From: the human T2T-CHM13v2.0 reference genome, Homo sapiens
Length of the DNA: 64,000 nt
Strand: one strand, 5' to 3'
NCBI RefSeq assembly: GCF_009914755.1
Contig: NC_060932.1
A program made the position numbers and the translations under genes. The notes beneath the pieces are model-generated. The model ran no database searches. It saw only the letters and a program-made list of their open reading frames with translations, and was not told where the DNA came from. This document shows, piece after piece, positions 31,763 through 45,725 of the stretch (positions are counted from its first letter, which is position 1; the number at the start of each line of letters is the position of its first letter).

Positions 31763-32752
31763 CTAATTAGTTTATTTGAAGTTATAAAGTTTTTAAGTAT
31801 TTGTATATCTGTAACGCAAAAATAAACCAATTTCAAGATACCAGTTTTAGATCACCTGCAGGTGTATATAAATGTAAGATGTTAACATTTGACTGTTTTC
31901 AGACCATTGCAGACTAGAAGAACATGTTTTCTTGGTTGTTTTTGCAAAGCCTTTTTTCTCAAGGATGGCTCCTTTGGTGGAAGAACAACAGATCACATTG
32001 CAAAAGGGTGTGGACACAGGGAAGTGTGACTCATTGGGGCCATTATTTTAGTGATCTACCATAATGTTTTATGTTATATGGAGAGTAGCAGAAATATTTT
32101 CAAAACCTAGATATAAAGATTATAAATGTACTTTATACTTTACAATGCTTTATACTCTATAATTTTCAGATTCAATGCTTTATACTTAAGCTTTATTTAT
32201 TGTCACAATTAATACATAGAAGTGTACAATTTTAAAAAATATTGGTACAAATTTAATATCAGATTACAGTGTTAAGAATATTTGCTTTGTTTTTTCATGT
32301 CAATAATATATTTTATTTAACCCAATATATGCAAATATTGGTTAACATGCAGTCAACATAAAACATTGACATTCAGCTTATAGATAAATGAAGTGAGTCT
32401 CTATACTCAAGAAGGATGTTCACCAAAACCATTGGTCATCAATATAGTCACCATCCATACTGACATAAAATTTATTGGAATACTTCTTCACGATTTCTAC
32501 TTGTCAATATGTTAAAACTCACATTTCCAGTGTAATGTAAAAGTTATTTACAGTGTACTACCGATATAGTTATATTTTGGAAAAAGGGCCTTTGCTACAC
32601 ATGCTGTCTAGTTTTCTTTTATATTTTGGCTTGTTTGAATACAGTCATAATGGATACGTTTAATGTCTCAGGAAGTAAGGTGTTAGGCAGAGTGGGAATA
32701 GCATTAATATGCGTGGGAAAACCATTCCCTGGTGTTAAGTGTACTAAATCCT

Positions 32753-33052
32753 TTTTTTTTTTTTTTTTTTGAGACAGAGTCTCATTCTGTCACCCAGGCT
32801 GGAGTGCAGTGGCACAATCTAGGCTCACTGCAATCTCCACTTCCCAGGTTCAAGCGATTCTCCTGCCTCAGCCTCCCGAGTAGCTAGGATTACAGGTGTG
32901 CACCACCACACCCAGCTAATTTTTGTATTTTTAGTAGAGACAGGGTCTCACCATGTTGACCAGGCTGGTCTCGAACTCTTGGCCTCAAATTGATCCTCCC
33001 ACCTCGACCTCCCAAAGTGCTGGGATTACAGGTGTGAGCCACTGCGTCCGGC
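32753..33052 (-). mobile_element. AluS
   Basis: Full Alu reverse complement; flanks tactaaat(c/a)ctttt. Confidence 0.88.
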
Positions 33053-33434
33053 CAAGAATACTAAATACTTTTGAAAATAAAGCCTTGAATCTTGTCTTGA
33101 ATATTTCATTTCATTTTCATACTTCTACTGTGACATAGGACTTTTGAATACTTTCAGGATGTGGTAGAGAGTTTTTTTTTATACGGCTATTGTGATGTGA
33201 CTCCATTTACCAGTTTGCTATAAAGTTTATAGCAGTTCATATTACTTGGGTTGATTTTAGTAGCCTTTGAGGAAGTTTTTAAAGTTTTAGTTTTATCATA
33301 TTACAGTAGTACAGTAGAGGATTCGTGTGTTTGGCATTTTAGTCCATATATAATTTTCAATTAAGTACTTAAACAAATCCTTGAGTTTTAATTTTGTATA
33401 CTGAACCTTGGCTGTATTGGCTATATGATGAAAT

Positions 33435-34981
33435 TGTGTCCGGAGTTGGTGGGTTCTTGGTCTCACTGACTTCAAGAATGAAGCCGCGGACCCTCGCGGT
33501 GAGTGTTACAGCTCTTAAGGTGGCGCGTCTGGAGTCTGTCCCTTCTGATGTTCAGATGTATTTGGAGTTTCTTCCTTCTGGTGGGTTCGTGGTCTCGCTG
33601 GCTCAGGAATGAAGCTGCAGACGTTTGCAGTGAGTGTTACAGCTCTTAAGGCAGCGCGTCTGGAGTTGTTCGTTCCTCCCGGTGGGCTCATGGTCTCGCT
33701 GGGCTCAGGAGTGAAGCTGCAGATCTTCGCGGTGAGTGTTACAGCTCATAAAAGCAGCGTGGACCCAAAGAGTGAGCAATAGCAAGATTTATTGCAAAGA
33801 GCGAAAGAACAAAGCTTCCACAGTGTGGAAGGGAACCCGAGCGGGTTGCCAATGCTGGCTCGGGCAGCCTGCTTTTATTCTTTTATCTGGCCCCACCCAC
33901 ATCTTGCTGATTGGTAGAGCTGAGTGGCCTGTTTTGTCAGGGCGCTGATTGGTGCGTTTACAATCCCTGAGCTAGATACAAAGGTTCTCCACGTCCCCAT
34001 CAGATTAGTTAGATACAGAGTTTGGACACACAGGTTCTCCAAGGCCCCACCAGAGCGGCTAGGTACAGAGTGTCAATTGGTGCATTCACAAACCTTGAGC
34101 TAAACACAGGGTGCTGACTGGTGTGTTTACAAACCTTGAGCTAGATACAGAGTGCCGATTGGTGTATTTACAATCCCTGAGCTAGACATAAAGGTTCTCC
34201 AAGGCCCCACCAGAGCAGCTAGATACAGAGTGACGATTGGTGCATTCACAAACCTTGAGCTAAACACAGGGTGCTGATTGGTGTATTTACAATCCCTGAG
34301 CTAGATATAAAGACTCTCCACATCCCCACCAGACTCAGGAGCCCAGCTGGCTTCACCTAGTGGATCCCGCACCGGGGCTGCAGGTGGAGCTGCCTGCCAG
34401 TCCTGCACCGTGCACTCGCATTCCTCAGCCCTTGGGTGGTCGATGGGACTGGGCGCCGTGGAATAGGGGGTGGTGCTCGTTGGGGAGGCTCGGGCTGCAC
34501 AGGAGCCCATGGAGTGGGTGGGAGGCTCAGGCATGGCAGGCTGCAGGTCCCGAGCCCTGCCCCGTGGGAAGGCAGCTAAGGCCCGGCGAGAAATCGAGCA
34601 CAGCGCCGGTGGGCCAGCACTGTTGGGGGACCCAGTACACCCTCGGCAGCCACTGGCCGGGGTGCTAAGTCCCTCATTGCCCGGGGCCAGCAGGGCTGGC
34701 TGGCTGCTCTGAGTGCGGGGCCCACCAAGCCCACGTCCACACAGAACTCCAGCTGGCCTGCAAGCGCCGCACACAGCCCCGGTTCCCGCTCGCGCCTCTC
34801 CCTCACACCTCCCTGCAAGCTGAGGGAGTGGGCTCCAGCCTTGGCCAGCCCAGAAAGGGGCTCCCACAGTGCAGTGGGGGCTGAAGGGCTCCTCAAATGC
34901 AACCAAAGTGGGAGCCCAGGCAGGGGAGGTGCTGAGAGCAAGCGAGGGCTCTGAGGACTGCCAGCATGCTGTCACCTCTCA
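33435..34981 (-). mobile_element. LTR12C (ERV9 3' LTR), complete
   Basis: Minus strand starts TGAGAGGTGACAGCATGCTGGCAG and ends CCGGACACA. It has a CpG-rich U3, CCAAT/GATA tandem repeats, and an upstream polypurine tract (AGAGGGGGGAT). Confidence 0.92.
33870..34320 (-). promoter_or_regulatory. LTR12C enhancer/promoter repeats with about 6 CCAAT boxes and a TATA-like AATAAAA, oriented antisense to VPS13B
   Basis: ATTGG near 33910, 33948, 34076, 34158, 34236 and 34277; gcttttattc at 33870-33880. NF-Y binding to ERV9 LTRs is established. Confidence 0.65.
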
Positions 34982-35986
34982 ATCCCCCCTCTAAACAGGA
35001 CACCCCAATTGCTGTTGGGAATTTGGCCGTTGACTGCTCTAGCTACTTCCTGCTGGATAGGGGCGAAGAAGGGGCCCTGCAGTTGTGGTGTCCTTCAGAG
35101 GGGAACTCTCCAGGCCAGGGGAAGTGCCAGTGGGTCGGTCCAGGGGTCCCGGGTAGAAGTTGTTAGTTGAACTCATTTGGGGTTCCATTTGTAAGACCAT
35201 CTGTTGCTTGATGGTCTCGATTCTAGAGGAAACAAAATTGACAAGAAGGTTAGAAATACAGGGCCCAAAGGTGAGTAACAGCAAGATGGCTGCCACAGGA
35301 CCTAGAAAGGGGAGAAGCCATGTTGCCCAACTCCAGAGGTTGGTATAAGTATTTGAAAGGCATTGTCTGATTTCAGAAGCCTTTTCCTGTAAACGCCGGG
35401 CAGCATCTCGTACTATCCCTGACTGGTTAGTGTAAAAACAACACTCTTCCCCTAAAAAGGTGCAGAGTCCTCCTTTCTCAGCAGTGAGGAGGTCTAGGCC
35501 TCAGCAGTTTTGGAGAGTCACTGCTGCCAAAGAGTCTATTTGGGATTGTAAAGTAAGGATAGATTTCGTTATTTCTTGCAAACTGTCTGAGAAGCAAATA
35601 TGGGTTGAAGACCCACATAAGTAGAATATGCCTTGGCTGGGTAGATAGAAATTTACCCTGGCTTTTAAAGGAATAGGATACACTGTTTTTTCTTTACTAC
35701 TTCCATCTCTCTCTTTCTCTCTTCGACTTCTTCTTTGTCTCTTCTTCTCTTTTTAACTCTCTCTTTAACTTTCTGTGTCTGTCCCTCTTTCTCTCTGACT
35801 CCTTTTCTTTGTCTCTGTTTCTGACTCCCTCTTTGATTTTCTGTCTCTCTGTCTCTTCCTCTCTCTGTCTTTTTGACTTTCTCTTTCTCTCTTCGACTTT
35901 TTCTTTCCTTTCTGCTGCCTCTGCCAGCTGCTTATGCTGCTGTTCTCCCCTCTCCTTCCCGTTTTGATGGCTTTGTCAGTGTAAGA
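34982..35986 (-). pseudogene. HERV9 internal remnant: RNase H end, GA-rich segment and deleted env
   Basis: Minus-strand env TM peptide [38 protein letters not shown] (immunosuppressive domain plus CX6CC), and ORF 35039..35296 for the TM/cytoplasmic tail. Confidence 0.85.
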
Positions 35987-36079
35987 AAATGATTCATAAT
36001 TCCCACTTCATGTAATAAAATTTACCAATTGGGAGAGTTGGCATGGATCTGTATGGAAAATATGCAGATGAAAGATTCC

Positions 36080-36400
36080 TTTTATTTGTAATTGACAAAA
36101 TTGTATATATTATTGTTTATAACATGTTTTGAAATATGTATACATTTTGAAATAGCTCAATTTAGCTAACATATATTATGTCACATACTATCATTTTTGT
36201 GGTGAGAACTGTTTAAATCTGCTGTCATTGATTTTTTAATAGAATACATTGTTATTTACTATAGTCTTCATGTTGTACAATAGATCTTTTAAATTTATTT
36301 CTCCTATCTAATTGAAATTTTGTATGCTTTGCCTAACATCTCTTCAACCTCCTCTCCCCGAGAGATGACACTTGCTTATGGCTTACCAATTCCTCTTTAT
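36080..36400 (-). mobile_element. L1MA-type 3' end fragment
   Basis: tttttgtggtgagaac...atgttgtacaatagatct...ctcctatctaattgaaattttgta. Confidence 0.65.
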
Positions 36401-36804
36401 GTATCTGGCAAACCCATCGTTTGAATATGTATGGTATTGAGTAGCTAAGAGTTTCAAGGCATCTGATATTTGAAACATATGTAGAAAATTTGGTAATGTG
36501 ACTGCGTTGTGTAATTTGTAGAATAGTATATAACTTTAAGGCCTTATTCATATGGATCAGCTGCAATACATACTTCAGACAGAACAAGGAGTTAGAGTAG
36601 GATGGAAACCCTTTGGATTCTTTGGATCTGTTAATTTTTTACCTCAAGAAAATCCCAGGGGATTTGGAGGAAATAATGTTTTCATACACATTTTACGGTT
36701 ACATAAATTGGCATATTTATTTTGGAAGTAGCAGCATGTAATACATTTGAAAGCACATCTACCTTACCACCCATTTGTTCCAATTTTCAGTGTATACCCT
36801 CCAG

Positions 36805-37492
<688 letters not shown>

Positions 37493-37514
37493 TTTTTGTT
37501 CTGTTTTCTTAGAG

Positions 37515-37930
37515 GTTTATTGTTTAGGAATTAACTTAACCAAGGAAGTGAAAGACTTTTGCAATAAGAACCACAAAACAGAGCTGAAAGAAACGAAGAT
37601 ATACATAAATGGAAACGCATCTCATCTTCTTGAATTGGAAGACTTAATATTGTCCATGCTATCCTTTCTACACATTTTCAGTGCAGACTCTATTACAATT
37701 CCAATGTCTTTTTTCAGAAGTAGAAAAACTCATCCTAAAATTCATATGGACTCTCAAGGGACCCCAAATAACCAAAAAGATCTTGAAAAAGAACAAAGCT
37801 GAAGGACTTACTCTTACTGATTCCAGAAGCTACTACAGAGCTATAGTAATCAAAACAGTGTGGTACTGTTGTAAACACAGACATATAGACCCGTAGAAAA
37901 GAATGCAGTGCCCAGCAATAAACCATTGTG
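37515..37930 (+). mobile_element. L1 ORF2 fragment
   Basis: Peptide EKLILKFIW...KKNKAEGLTLTD...YYRAIVIKTVWY in ORF 37681..37896 is L1 ORF2. Confidence 0.85.
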
Positions 37931-40900
37931 AGAAAGATTGTTTATTTTTCTTTAAGAATAAATAGAGAATCAGCCATTCCTTTTTAGGTGAAGAGAAGGA
38001 GGAAATAGAGGAAGGAAGGAAGATCGGGTGAAATTTTGAGTTAATAGATGAGCTACATCAAATGAAGTATCATATCCTTGTTACATCAATATATAATTTC
38101 AAAGATGTCCCTAATCCTTTTGGACTTCATTTTTCCTGCATGTGAAATGAGATGATTGAGTTAAATAATCTCTAAGCAGTTTGAGCTCTAAAATTCTTTG
38201 GTTGATTTTGATTTCATTCTTTTCCCCTGAAGAGTTTTTCTTCACAAGGTGTTCATTATTATGCTGTACAACCCTAGTTATTATTATTCTTTCTTCAGTT
38301 TTTATGTGTTTCAGTGTATTATTGCATACATACCAACTTTTAAAATGAAAGAAATGCTTATTTGTTCCTTTAGTGAAGGGACAAATCTTTATGATGCTGA
38401 TTATACTATTATGTGTTTTATACTATTATGTGTTTTATTTAATGGTATAAAACTACCATGTGTTTTATAATGGCAGTAACAAAAATTATTTATTGTATAT
38501 CATAATTATAATGTTTTTATTGTCATTTACAATTAGCATGTGCTTTTTATACTTTTGTCTTTTTAAAATAGCAAATTCTAATTTATGATAATTTTTGGCA
38601 AAATCTTACAGAAGTAAGTTGCCATATAATGTTTCTAAATCCATTACAATTTCTTCTATTTGAGATATTAATTCAAGAACATTTGTTGTAAAATGTTAAA
38701 ATCTTGATGATGTATTCATTTTTGTTATTTACTAATTGGGATTTTTAAAAACAGGTGGCAATACATGTTTAACTTTTTATTTAATGAGATGTGTAAGTTC
38801 TCTTATTCAACTTTACAGTTTCCTTTAGCTAAAATTTCTACTTGTAGTTATACTTACTGTTTCATACATTTTTATTGCTCCAGATTATTAGTTTGCAACA
38901 TTTACCAAACCAGTTTTTGAATATGTGAGCTATCCTTCATGAAAGCAACTTCAGTTTACACTGCTGGTTCTGCTTTTTCCAGATTAAGTATTTATAGTCT
39001 TGGTCAAGGGATGTTGACAAATTATTAGCTTATATAGGTTTTGTAAATCTATGTATCTGATTGCTGTAATTTAAAAGAGAGAGTTTAAAAATTTATTTTT
39101 AAATAGTTCTTTTTGATTTGGTGGATAATAGAGGAAGCAAAAATATGACTCATAATAATTTGGCAATATTTAGAAGGTAACTTCTTTGTCCAGTAGGTCC
39201 TGTTTTATTGTAATTTTCACCTGGTTGAATGTTTTCTTAGAAGCATCTCTAGGCAACACAAAAGTATAATAAAGACTTTTAAAAAAATGACAGAATAGTA
39301 TGTAGTTTCCCCAAAGCCCTTTGCAATTCTGCAGACAACCAGCAGGGGATCTCGTCTACACCCAATTTCCTTCTGAGTACAGTTGGTAGATAGTGTCTGT
39401 GATTATACTGTTGGGGCATTTAATGGAAAATTTGACAGTGGCTTTGAGAGAGTTCTTAGTTGAGCATAGGTAATATGATGTGATAAAATATTATCTTTAT
39501 TCATAACTCGAAATATTTGGCAGTTGGATATTGTTTTAAAAATGTTTTGTATTGTTATAATAATAACTGTAAATTCCAGAATCCTTTGAATATTTGGCCT
39601 TTATGAGGAAATAAGAAATCCTGAAATTGTACAGAAACCAACGCAGTACTTTGCATACATTGTTGCTCAGAACAGGTCTTCAAAAAGAATGAATGTGAAA
39701 TATCTTAATTTTAAGTTATGATTTTAAGTAATCATTTCAGTATTAGAAAGATATCTTTTTCTCAATTCTGTACTTCTTATCTATTGGTTAATAGCAGGTT
39801 ATAGGTGCTGATGGGTGCATCACTTTTGTTTTCCTTGATAGTAATTACATAAGTAGGTTCTTTGAAATGCAGTTTTCCTTGAAAATGTAATTTTAAAAAA
39901 TGTTTTATTTCTAAAACATTGTTTTGTTCACTCAAAACTGAGTGTATAAGAAATAATTTGACATTGTCGATTTGATGAATGTTAGGAGTATAATAGCTTT
40001 TTGAAACTATTTGGAAGTAGCTTAATACTTTTAAAGAAATTGATAATTATTTTATGCTCATTAAATAGTATTTTGAAATCAGTTATGAAGAAATTCTAAA
40101 CATATTTTATTATAGAACTTCACAGTTGATATTAATTCTAGAGATATGGAAGTCAGTGCTTTATAAACCCAAGGGATAAAAAACAGTAACTAAAGATAAA
40201 TGTTGAGATTAAGCTACTTTTACATTTACTGGAAAACAGTAACTCTTTGTTTTGTATCCATGTGTGTATTTCCACTCTGAGGTGTTTATCTTTTGTTGTT
40301 TTACAAATAATTGAAGCAGAAATATCATCAGTTCTCTACAGTATTTCATGTAACGTGATGTTATGTTGTTTCTTTCTATTATGACAAATATAGTATCCAG
40401 GAATTTCAGGGATTGCTTATAAAATTTTGTAGTATGGTCTGCTTGCTTTAAGCATAGACATGCTTGTACATATGAAGAGTAATTTATGCCATGTACCAAG
40501 TTTTCTGGGGTTTAAAACCTCAATCCCACAATTATTTTCACAAAAGAAAATAGAAATAACATTTTAGGATATTTTTCGATATCCTTTTTGTATGTACATT
40601 ATACAAGGTGAAGACAAAATACATTTTTAAACAGTTTTTCTTGTAGTTAATGTTAGTCATAAAATATTAACATTAATTTATAAAATTTGTAGTTTACTGT
40701 GTAGAAAATGCAGTCAGCGGTTTATATTTATGGAAAAATGTATATTTTAGCAGATAATAAAACACTACCTGAGGAGTATGTATAGAAATAAAATGTGAAA
40801 CTTAAAAAAATTTGTCAAAAGAGCAGTGATCTTTCAGGGATGTGAAATAAATACTGTATATTTAAGTTTCTTAATTTTGACCTACTGTCAAATTGTATAG

Positions 40901-41052
40901 AAGAAAATGTTGATCGTTTGGGAAGTGGAAAAAGACTTTGGAACATATTTAGTGTGCAGCTGTTGTAAAGCAAGTTGAAACTGACGTATTTCATCCTGTG
41001 CTTATTAAAACTTTGTCTGTGTGAACACTTGCATCTTTTCTTTTTGTTTTAG

Positions 41053-41177
41053 ATATTTGGTTTCCAGGCAGGACTGACGTCTTTGGATTGCAGTGGATCT
41101 TACTGCTTACCTGTACCAGTTATTCCCTCTTTCAGCACTGCTCTTTATGGGAAACTTCTGAAACTCCCCACATGCTG
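41053..41177 (+). CDS. VPS13B: VPS13B coding exon (probably exon 16), 125 nt, phase 0-2
   Basis: Long polypyrimidine tract then ttttag|ATA ... TG|gtaagt. Encodes IFGFQAGLTSLDCSGSYCLPVPVIPSFSTALYGKLLKLPTC(W). Confidence 0.95.
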
Positions 41178-43615
41178 GTAAGTCTTACATGTTAAAATGT
41201 GATTTATGTTAATTTCCATTTATTAGGAGGGAAAAAACCCCCAAATGTATCTGTCTTATGCCCATGCTAGTTTTATACAAAACTTTAGAAAAAAAATCTA
41301 AACTTGTACTTTTACTGAGACACTAAAAGTCTTTTTTAAGTTTCTGAAATCTGTTAGTTCATCATGTCTTTTGTGATAGCAATAACTGTTATTAGGGTAA
41401 TAACTGTTAATTCATGTTGGATGTGTGTAAAATACTACTTGAGATTATAATAGGAACTGTAAGAGGAAGTGCCTTTTTTTCAAGAGTGGGTATAAAGATT
41501 TTAAAAAGTTATAAATTAATATTCAAGACCAAAGTATTTATCTATTAAATAATAATTTCGTATATATTCATACCCACTGACAAAAGTATACACATTATGT
41601 AGAGTTAGAATGTATTTACATGTCTAGTAGCTATATTTTATAAGAAATTGATTGTAGCCCTCACCATTTTCATTCCGAATTGAATGCTATATTTGGAGGT
41701 CACATTTCCTTAAATTCGGAGAGATTTACAGAAAGAAAGCCAGTAGTTACCAGTTATAAATTTTTAGTTTAAAGGAATGCTTTTAATATATTGTTTAAAT
41801 ATATAAAATAATGTTTAAATATATGAAATTAATTTTTAGTGAACCATTTTTCCAATTTAAAATGTGATTTAGAATATGTCTTTTGTATTCTCATTCTAAT
41901 TAGTAAGCTTATTTTTGCAGGATAGTTTTTCTATTAGTTTTTTACTAAAAATGACATAACCTTTAGAAAATTAGCATTAATTTCTTATCTAAAATACTTC
42001 AGTTGCTAAAAATTTGTTTCTTTAATAATATATAACTTTTAAAATGAAATTATAAAATAATCGCTCATATTTTCAAGAAACTTTGCCTGCTGATACAGAA
42101 AATTTTTTTAAAAGTCGTAGTTAAGTCTTAGTACCAATTCCTCTATAAAGTGAAACCATTATTAAATGATAATTCTTAATTTCTAGTGATAAATTTCATT
42201 TTGTCCTTACTCCTCCATACCTCTCACATGTCATTTATTATGTTATATAGAGATAGATTTAACTTTTTATTAGCATACATGGTATGTTGCATTTGAGTCA
42301 AGTTTTATATTCTGATCTATTAAGAAATAAACTGGGATATGTCACAGTTGATATGGTGATATCAATTTTAATAGGTATTTGTGAAAACTATTTTCTCCGT
42401 TATGTGCTGATTAATTTATCATTTCTAGGACCAAAATAGTTTTATTGCAAACAGTGCAATTTACTATAGAAAATTCTTAATTTCTTTAAAAAAGTCCATA
42501 TTTTTCAAAATGATTATAGCCTTTATATAAAATCAATATTGAAATAAGTAAGACTTATTTGAAGGATACAAAGAGGGTATTATGAATACTGTCAAATGTT
42601 ACTTAAAATATGCCTACAGACATCTAGAAATAATATTCCAATTAAATACTGAAAGCATGAGATCACAGAATGCCAATATTTTTTGGATGTGTTTTGCTTT
42701 TTTGTAGTTAAGACTACTTCTGTGTTATTTCAGTGATATTTTTGCTATGCTTTATAGAAGTATATTGATTTGAAATATTTCTTGAAATTTTCTTAATAAA
42801 TGTAAAAAAAAACTTTAGTAACTGTAACTTGAAAATAAAGAGAAAACTTAATAAATTGAGATATTGGTTGGTTTTAGTGCAGTTTGAATTCAATAAAATA
42901 CTGCTTAAGCAGTATGTCCTATAAGTTTAAAGAAAGCAGACAGTTTCCCTGGGACGTCAGAGATAGCTGATGAGATGAGGTCCTGTTAGAATTGGACATT
43001 AGTGGATGAGACAGATATCCATGTATCTATCACTGCATACAGTGGGCGAAGAATTTGGACAGTTACTCTACCTTAGACTTGTCCATGAGCAATGATATCT
43101 AAATGTTTTAATATGAACACTTAAAGATAGTTAAACCAGTTAATCAAATATTCATTAGTCCCATTTCTTCATGTTCATGTTTGTTAAAGCCTAACTAAAA
43201 TATAGTCTCAAATTCACTTTGTCCTATAATTGAGGGTTCAAATGTGTGATTCTATTTGTAGAGAAATATATGCAACATATTTTGGAAGTTTGGAGTATAG
43301 AAATAGTATATTGGCTTAGAAAGTCATGGAAAACATGGAGGGGTAATTTTTAAGCAGGATATTGAGGAATGGATATAATCTGAAAGAGCATACTATATTG
43401 TTTTATACAGTCTTAGGTACCTAGTTAAAGTTCATGACAGTCCTGTGAGATAAGATGATATTCTCTCTTATAAACTCTTTCTAATTTTCAGAGAGGTTAA
43501 ATAAGTTGTCCAAAGTCACACACTGGCCTCACAAGATTTTCGTAGAGGATTGTCTGATTTGAACATCTTTGATTGTTTTATTACTTGAAGGAGCGAAGGG
43601 GACATATATAATCTT

Positions 43616-43660
43616 CTGTTAATCAGTTTTGAAGGCCCTGTTAATCAGTTTTGAAGGCCC
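43616..43660. repeat. Perfect 22-bp tandem duplication (ctgttaatcagttttgaaggcc x2)
   Basis: Read directly from the sequence. Confidence 0.92.
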
Positions 43661-44949
43661 AGTATGCTTTTTGCCTATAGTTAAAGTAAATTTCCATGGA
43701 GTGAAAGGCTAGCTAATAAATCTGAACTCTGCTAGTATTAGTTAATAGTATGTAGATATTATTGTAATTCTGATCTTAAAATGATGGATATTAACATTAG
43801 GTGGAATCTTAGACATTATCCCAGTTACTGAGTCTTTATGACGTACTTTTGGTTTATAGCCATCTGTGTACTGCTTGAACATTTTATTCAAGGATGTTAG
43901 CTACTTTCTGGGCCAACCATTATTGGGCAGCTCTAAATTTCTTTCTTTTATTTAATCAAAGTTTGCTTTTATGAGAAGTTTATACTTGGATTTCTGCCTA
44001 AGAATAATGTTTCTTCTCTGATATAATTATTACTTATATATATCATGAGGCATTTTCATTCTCAGAGAAATGTGTGAAAACACATATTTCTTTTTAAGGT
44101 TGAGGGACTTCTAAGTTCCCATTTTTTACTTAGCACAGTGCCAATTGTTGATTTTAACTAGCAAAGTTATTGAACAGATCATTTGCAGGGGAAAAATGCT
44201 TCTGTGAAATCTTTGAGTTCAGTGTTAATTAGAAGTTACACGACTTGGTGCTGGTAGGCTGGTGGTATTGATGTGGTGTGTGAAGGGCAGGTGAGGCAGA
44301 TACTGATCCTTTTGCCTCCCTGGAAGTGAAACTGAAGGCATCATTTGCCCCAGCTCAGAGTGACACCAGGGTAAATTCTTTTAGTTTTAATGGATACTGG
44401 GACCTTCAAGTCTAAAAAAAATTGCCAGTAATACTTATTATCAACACAATAAGTAACCTTCCAGGGCTTAAAATGATGTTTATACAACTGCCCTGTTCTT
44501 CGTAATACCACAGTTCGAGGCCTCAAGAAGCTATACTTGAGTGTTTTTAATGAACCTGGAGATAGATCTTCCTTCCAAAACTGTGTTCATCAGTCTGGTT
44601 TTGTGATTAACATTCCCTTTAACTAAATGCCTTAAAACTACTAAGCCTTAAATGGGATGTTAATTCTCTTATCTCCACCTGATAGGTGTTAGACTGATTT
44701 TTCAGCTTTGGTTCTGCCATCTAAGATGTGCTTTTATGGAATGTTTTGAACAAAAAAGAAACATTAACATCTGTTACAATCTTCTCATTTCAAAGATGGG
44801 AAAACTGAGTTCCAGAGAGGTCAAATTTCTTGCCTAAGACCACACAGTTAATTAATATCAGTGCCTCAATTTGATCCTCTCCTTCTTGATTCAAGGCTCG
44901 ATCAACTGTACCATTTTGCTTAAAACAATTGCTATTTTTATTTCAAAAA

Positions 44950-45725
44950 ATAACTATTTTTAAATGTAAAATTCAGTAGCATTAAGTACATTCACATTGT
45001 TGTGCAGTAGTGCCACCATTCAACTTTCTGTCTCTATAAATTTGACTATTCTAGGTACCTCACTGAAATGGAATCATTCCATATTTGTCATTTGTGTCTG
45101 GCTTATTTCACTTAGCATAATGTTTTCAAGATTAATCCGTGTTGCAGCATGTAGCAGAATTTCCTTCCTTATTCATTCGTTTGTAAGACTGAATTTTATG
45201 TATTCATTTTATGTATATGCCACATTTTGTTTATCCATTTATCCATTGACAAATACCTCTCACCTTTTAGCTATTGTGAATGATGCTGCTGTGAACATGC
45301 ATGTACAAATATCTGTTTGAGTCTCTGCTTTCAGTTATTTTGAGTATATACCTAGAAGTGGAATTGCTGTATCATATGGTAATTCTGTTTTTGAGAGCTG
45401 CCATACTGATTTTCACACCACTTTACGCCTGCAACAGTGATGGAAAAAGGTTCCAATTTCTCCATATTTTCATCAACACTTATTATTTTCTGTTTTTTGA
45501 TAATAGCTATCGTAACAAATATGAGGTGATATCTCATTGTGGTTTTAATTTGCATTTTCCTAATGATTAGGAATGTTGACCATCTTTTCATGTCCTATCT
45601 ATTCAAGTCCTTTGCTCATTTTTAATTAGTTTTTTTCCTTGAGTTGTAGAAGTTCTTTATGTGTTGTGTAAATTAATCCCTTATCAGATATATGATTTGC
45701 AAGTATTTTCTTCCACTGTGTGGAA
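44950..45725 (-). mobile_element. L1MB-type 3' fragment
   Basis: ORF 45352..45591(-) contains MQIKTTMRYHL (L1 ORF2 C-terminus), followed by 3' UTR. Confidence 0.8.

Noticed and set aside
33940-34320. Regular repeats of about 40 bp that could resemble a CRISPR array
   Set aside because: This is human DNA, there are no unique spacers, and these are the known ERV9 LTR U3 enhancer repeats.
35039-35683. Env ORFs as a possible syncytin-like gene
   Set aside because: Most of SU and the fusion peptide are missing, there is a stop in the immunosuppressive domain, and there is no 5' LTR.
42898-42915. Perfect 18-bp palindrome atactgcttaagcagtat
   Set aside because: A 9-bp-arm palindrome is not improbable in 64 kb of AT-rich DNA.
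44280-44380. Cluster of splice-like signals (cag|gtgagg, tactgat plus pyrimidine tract, agg|gtaaat)
   Set aside because: The acceptor is weak (aag), and such pseudo-sites are common in long introns.
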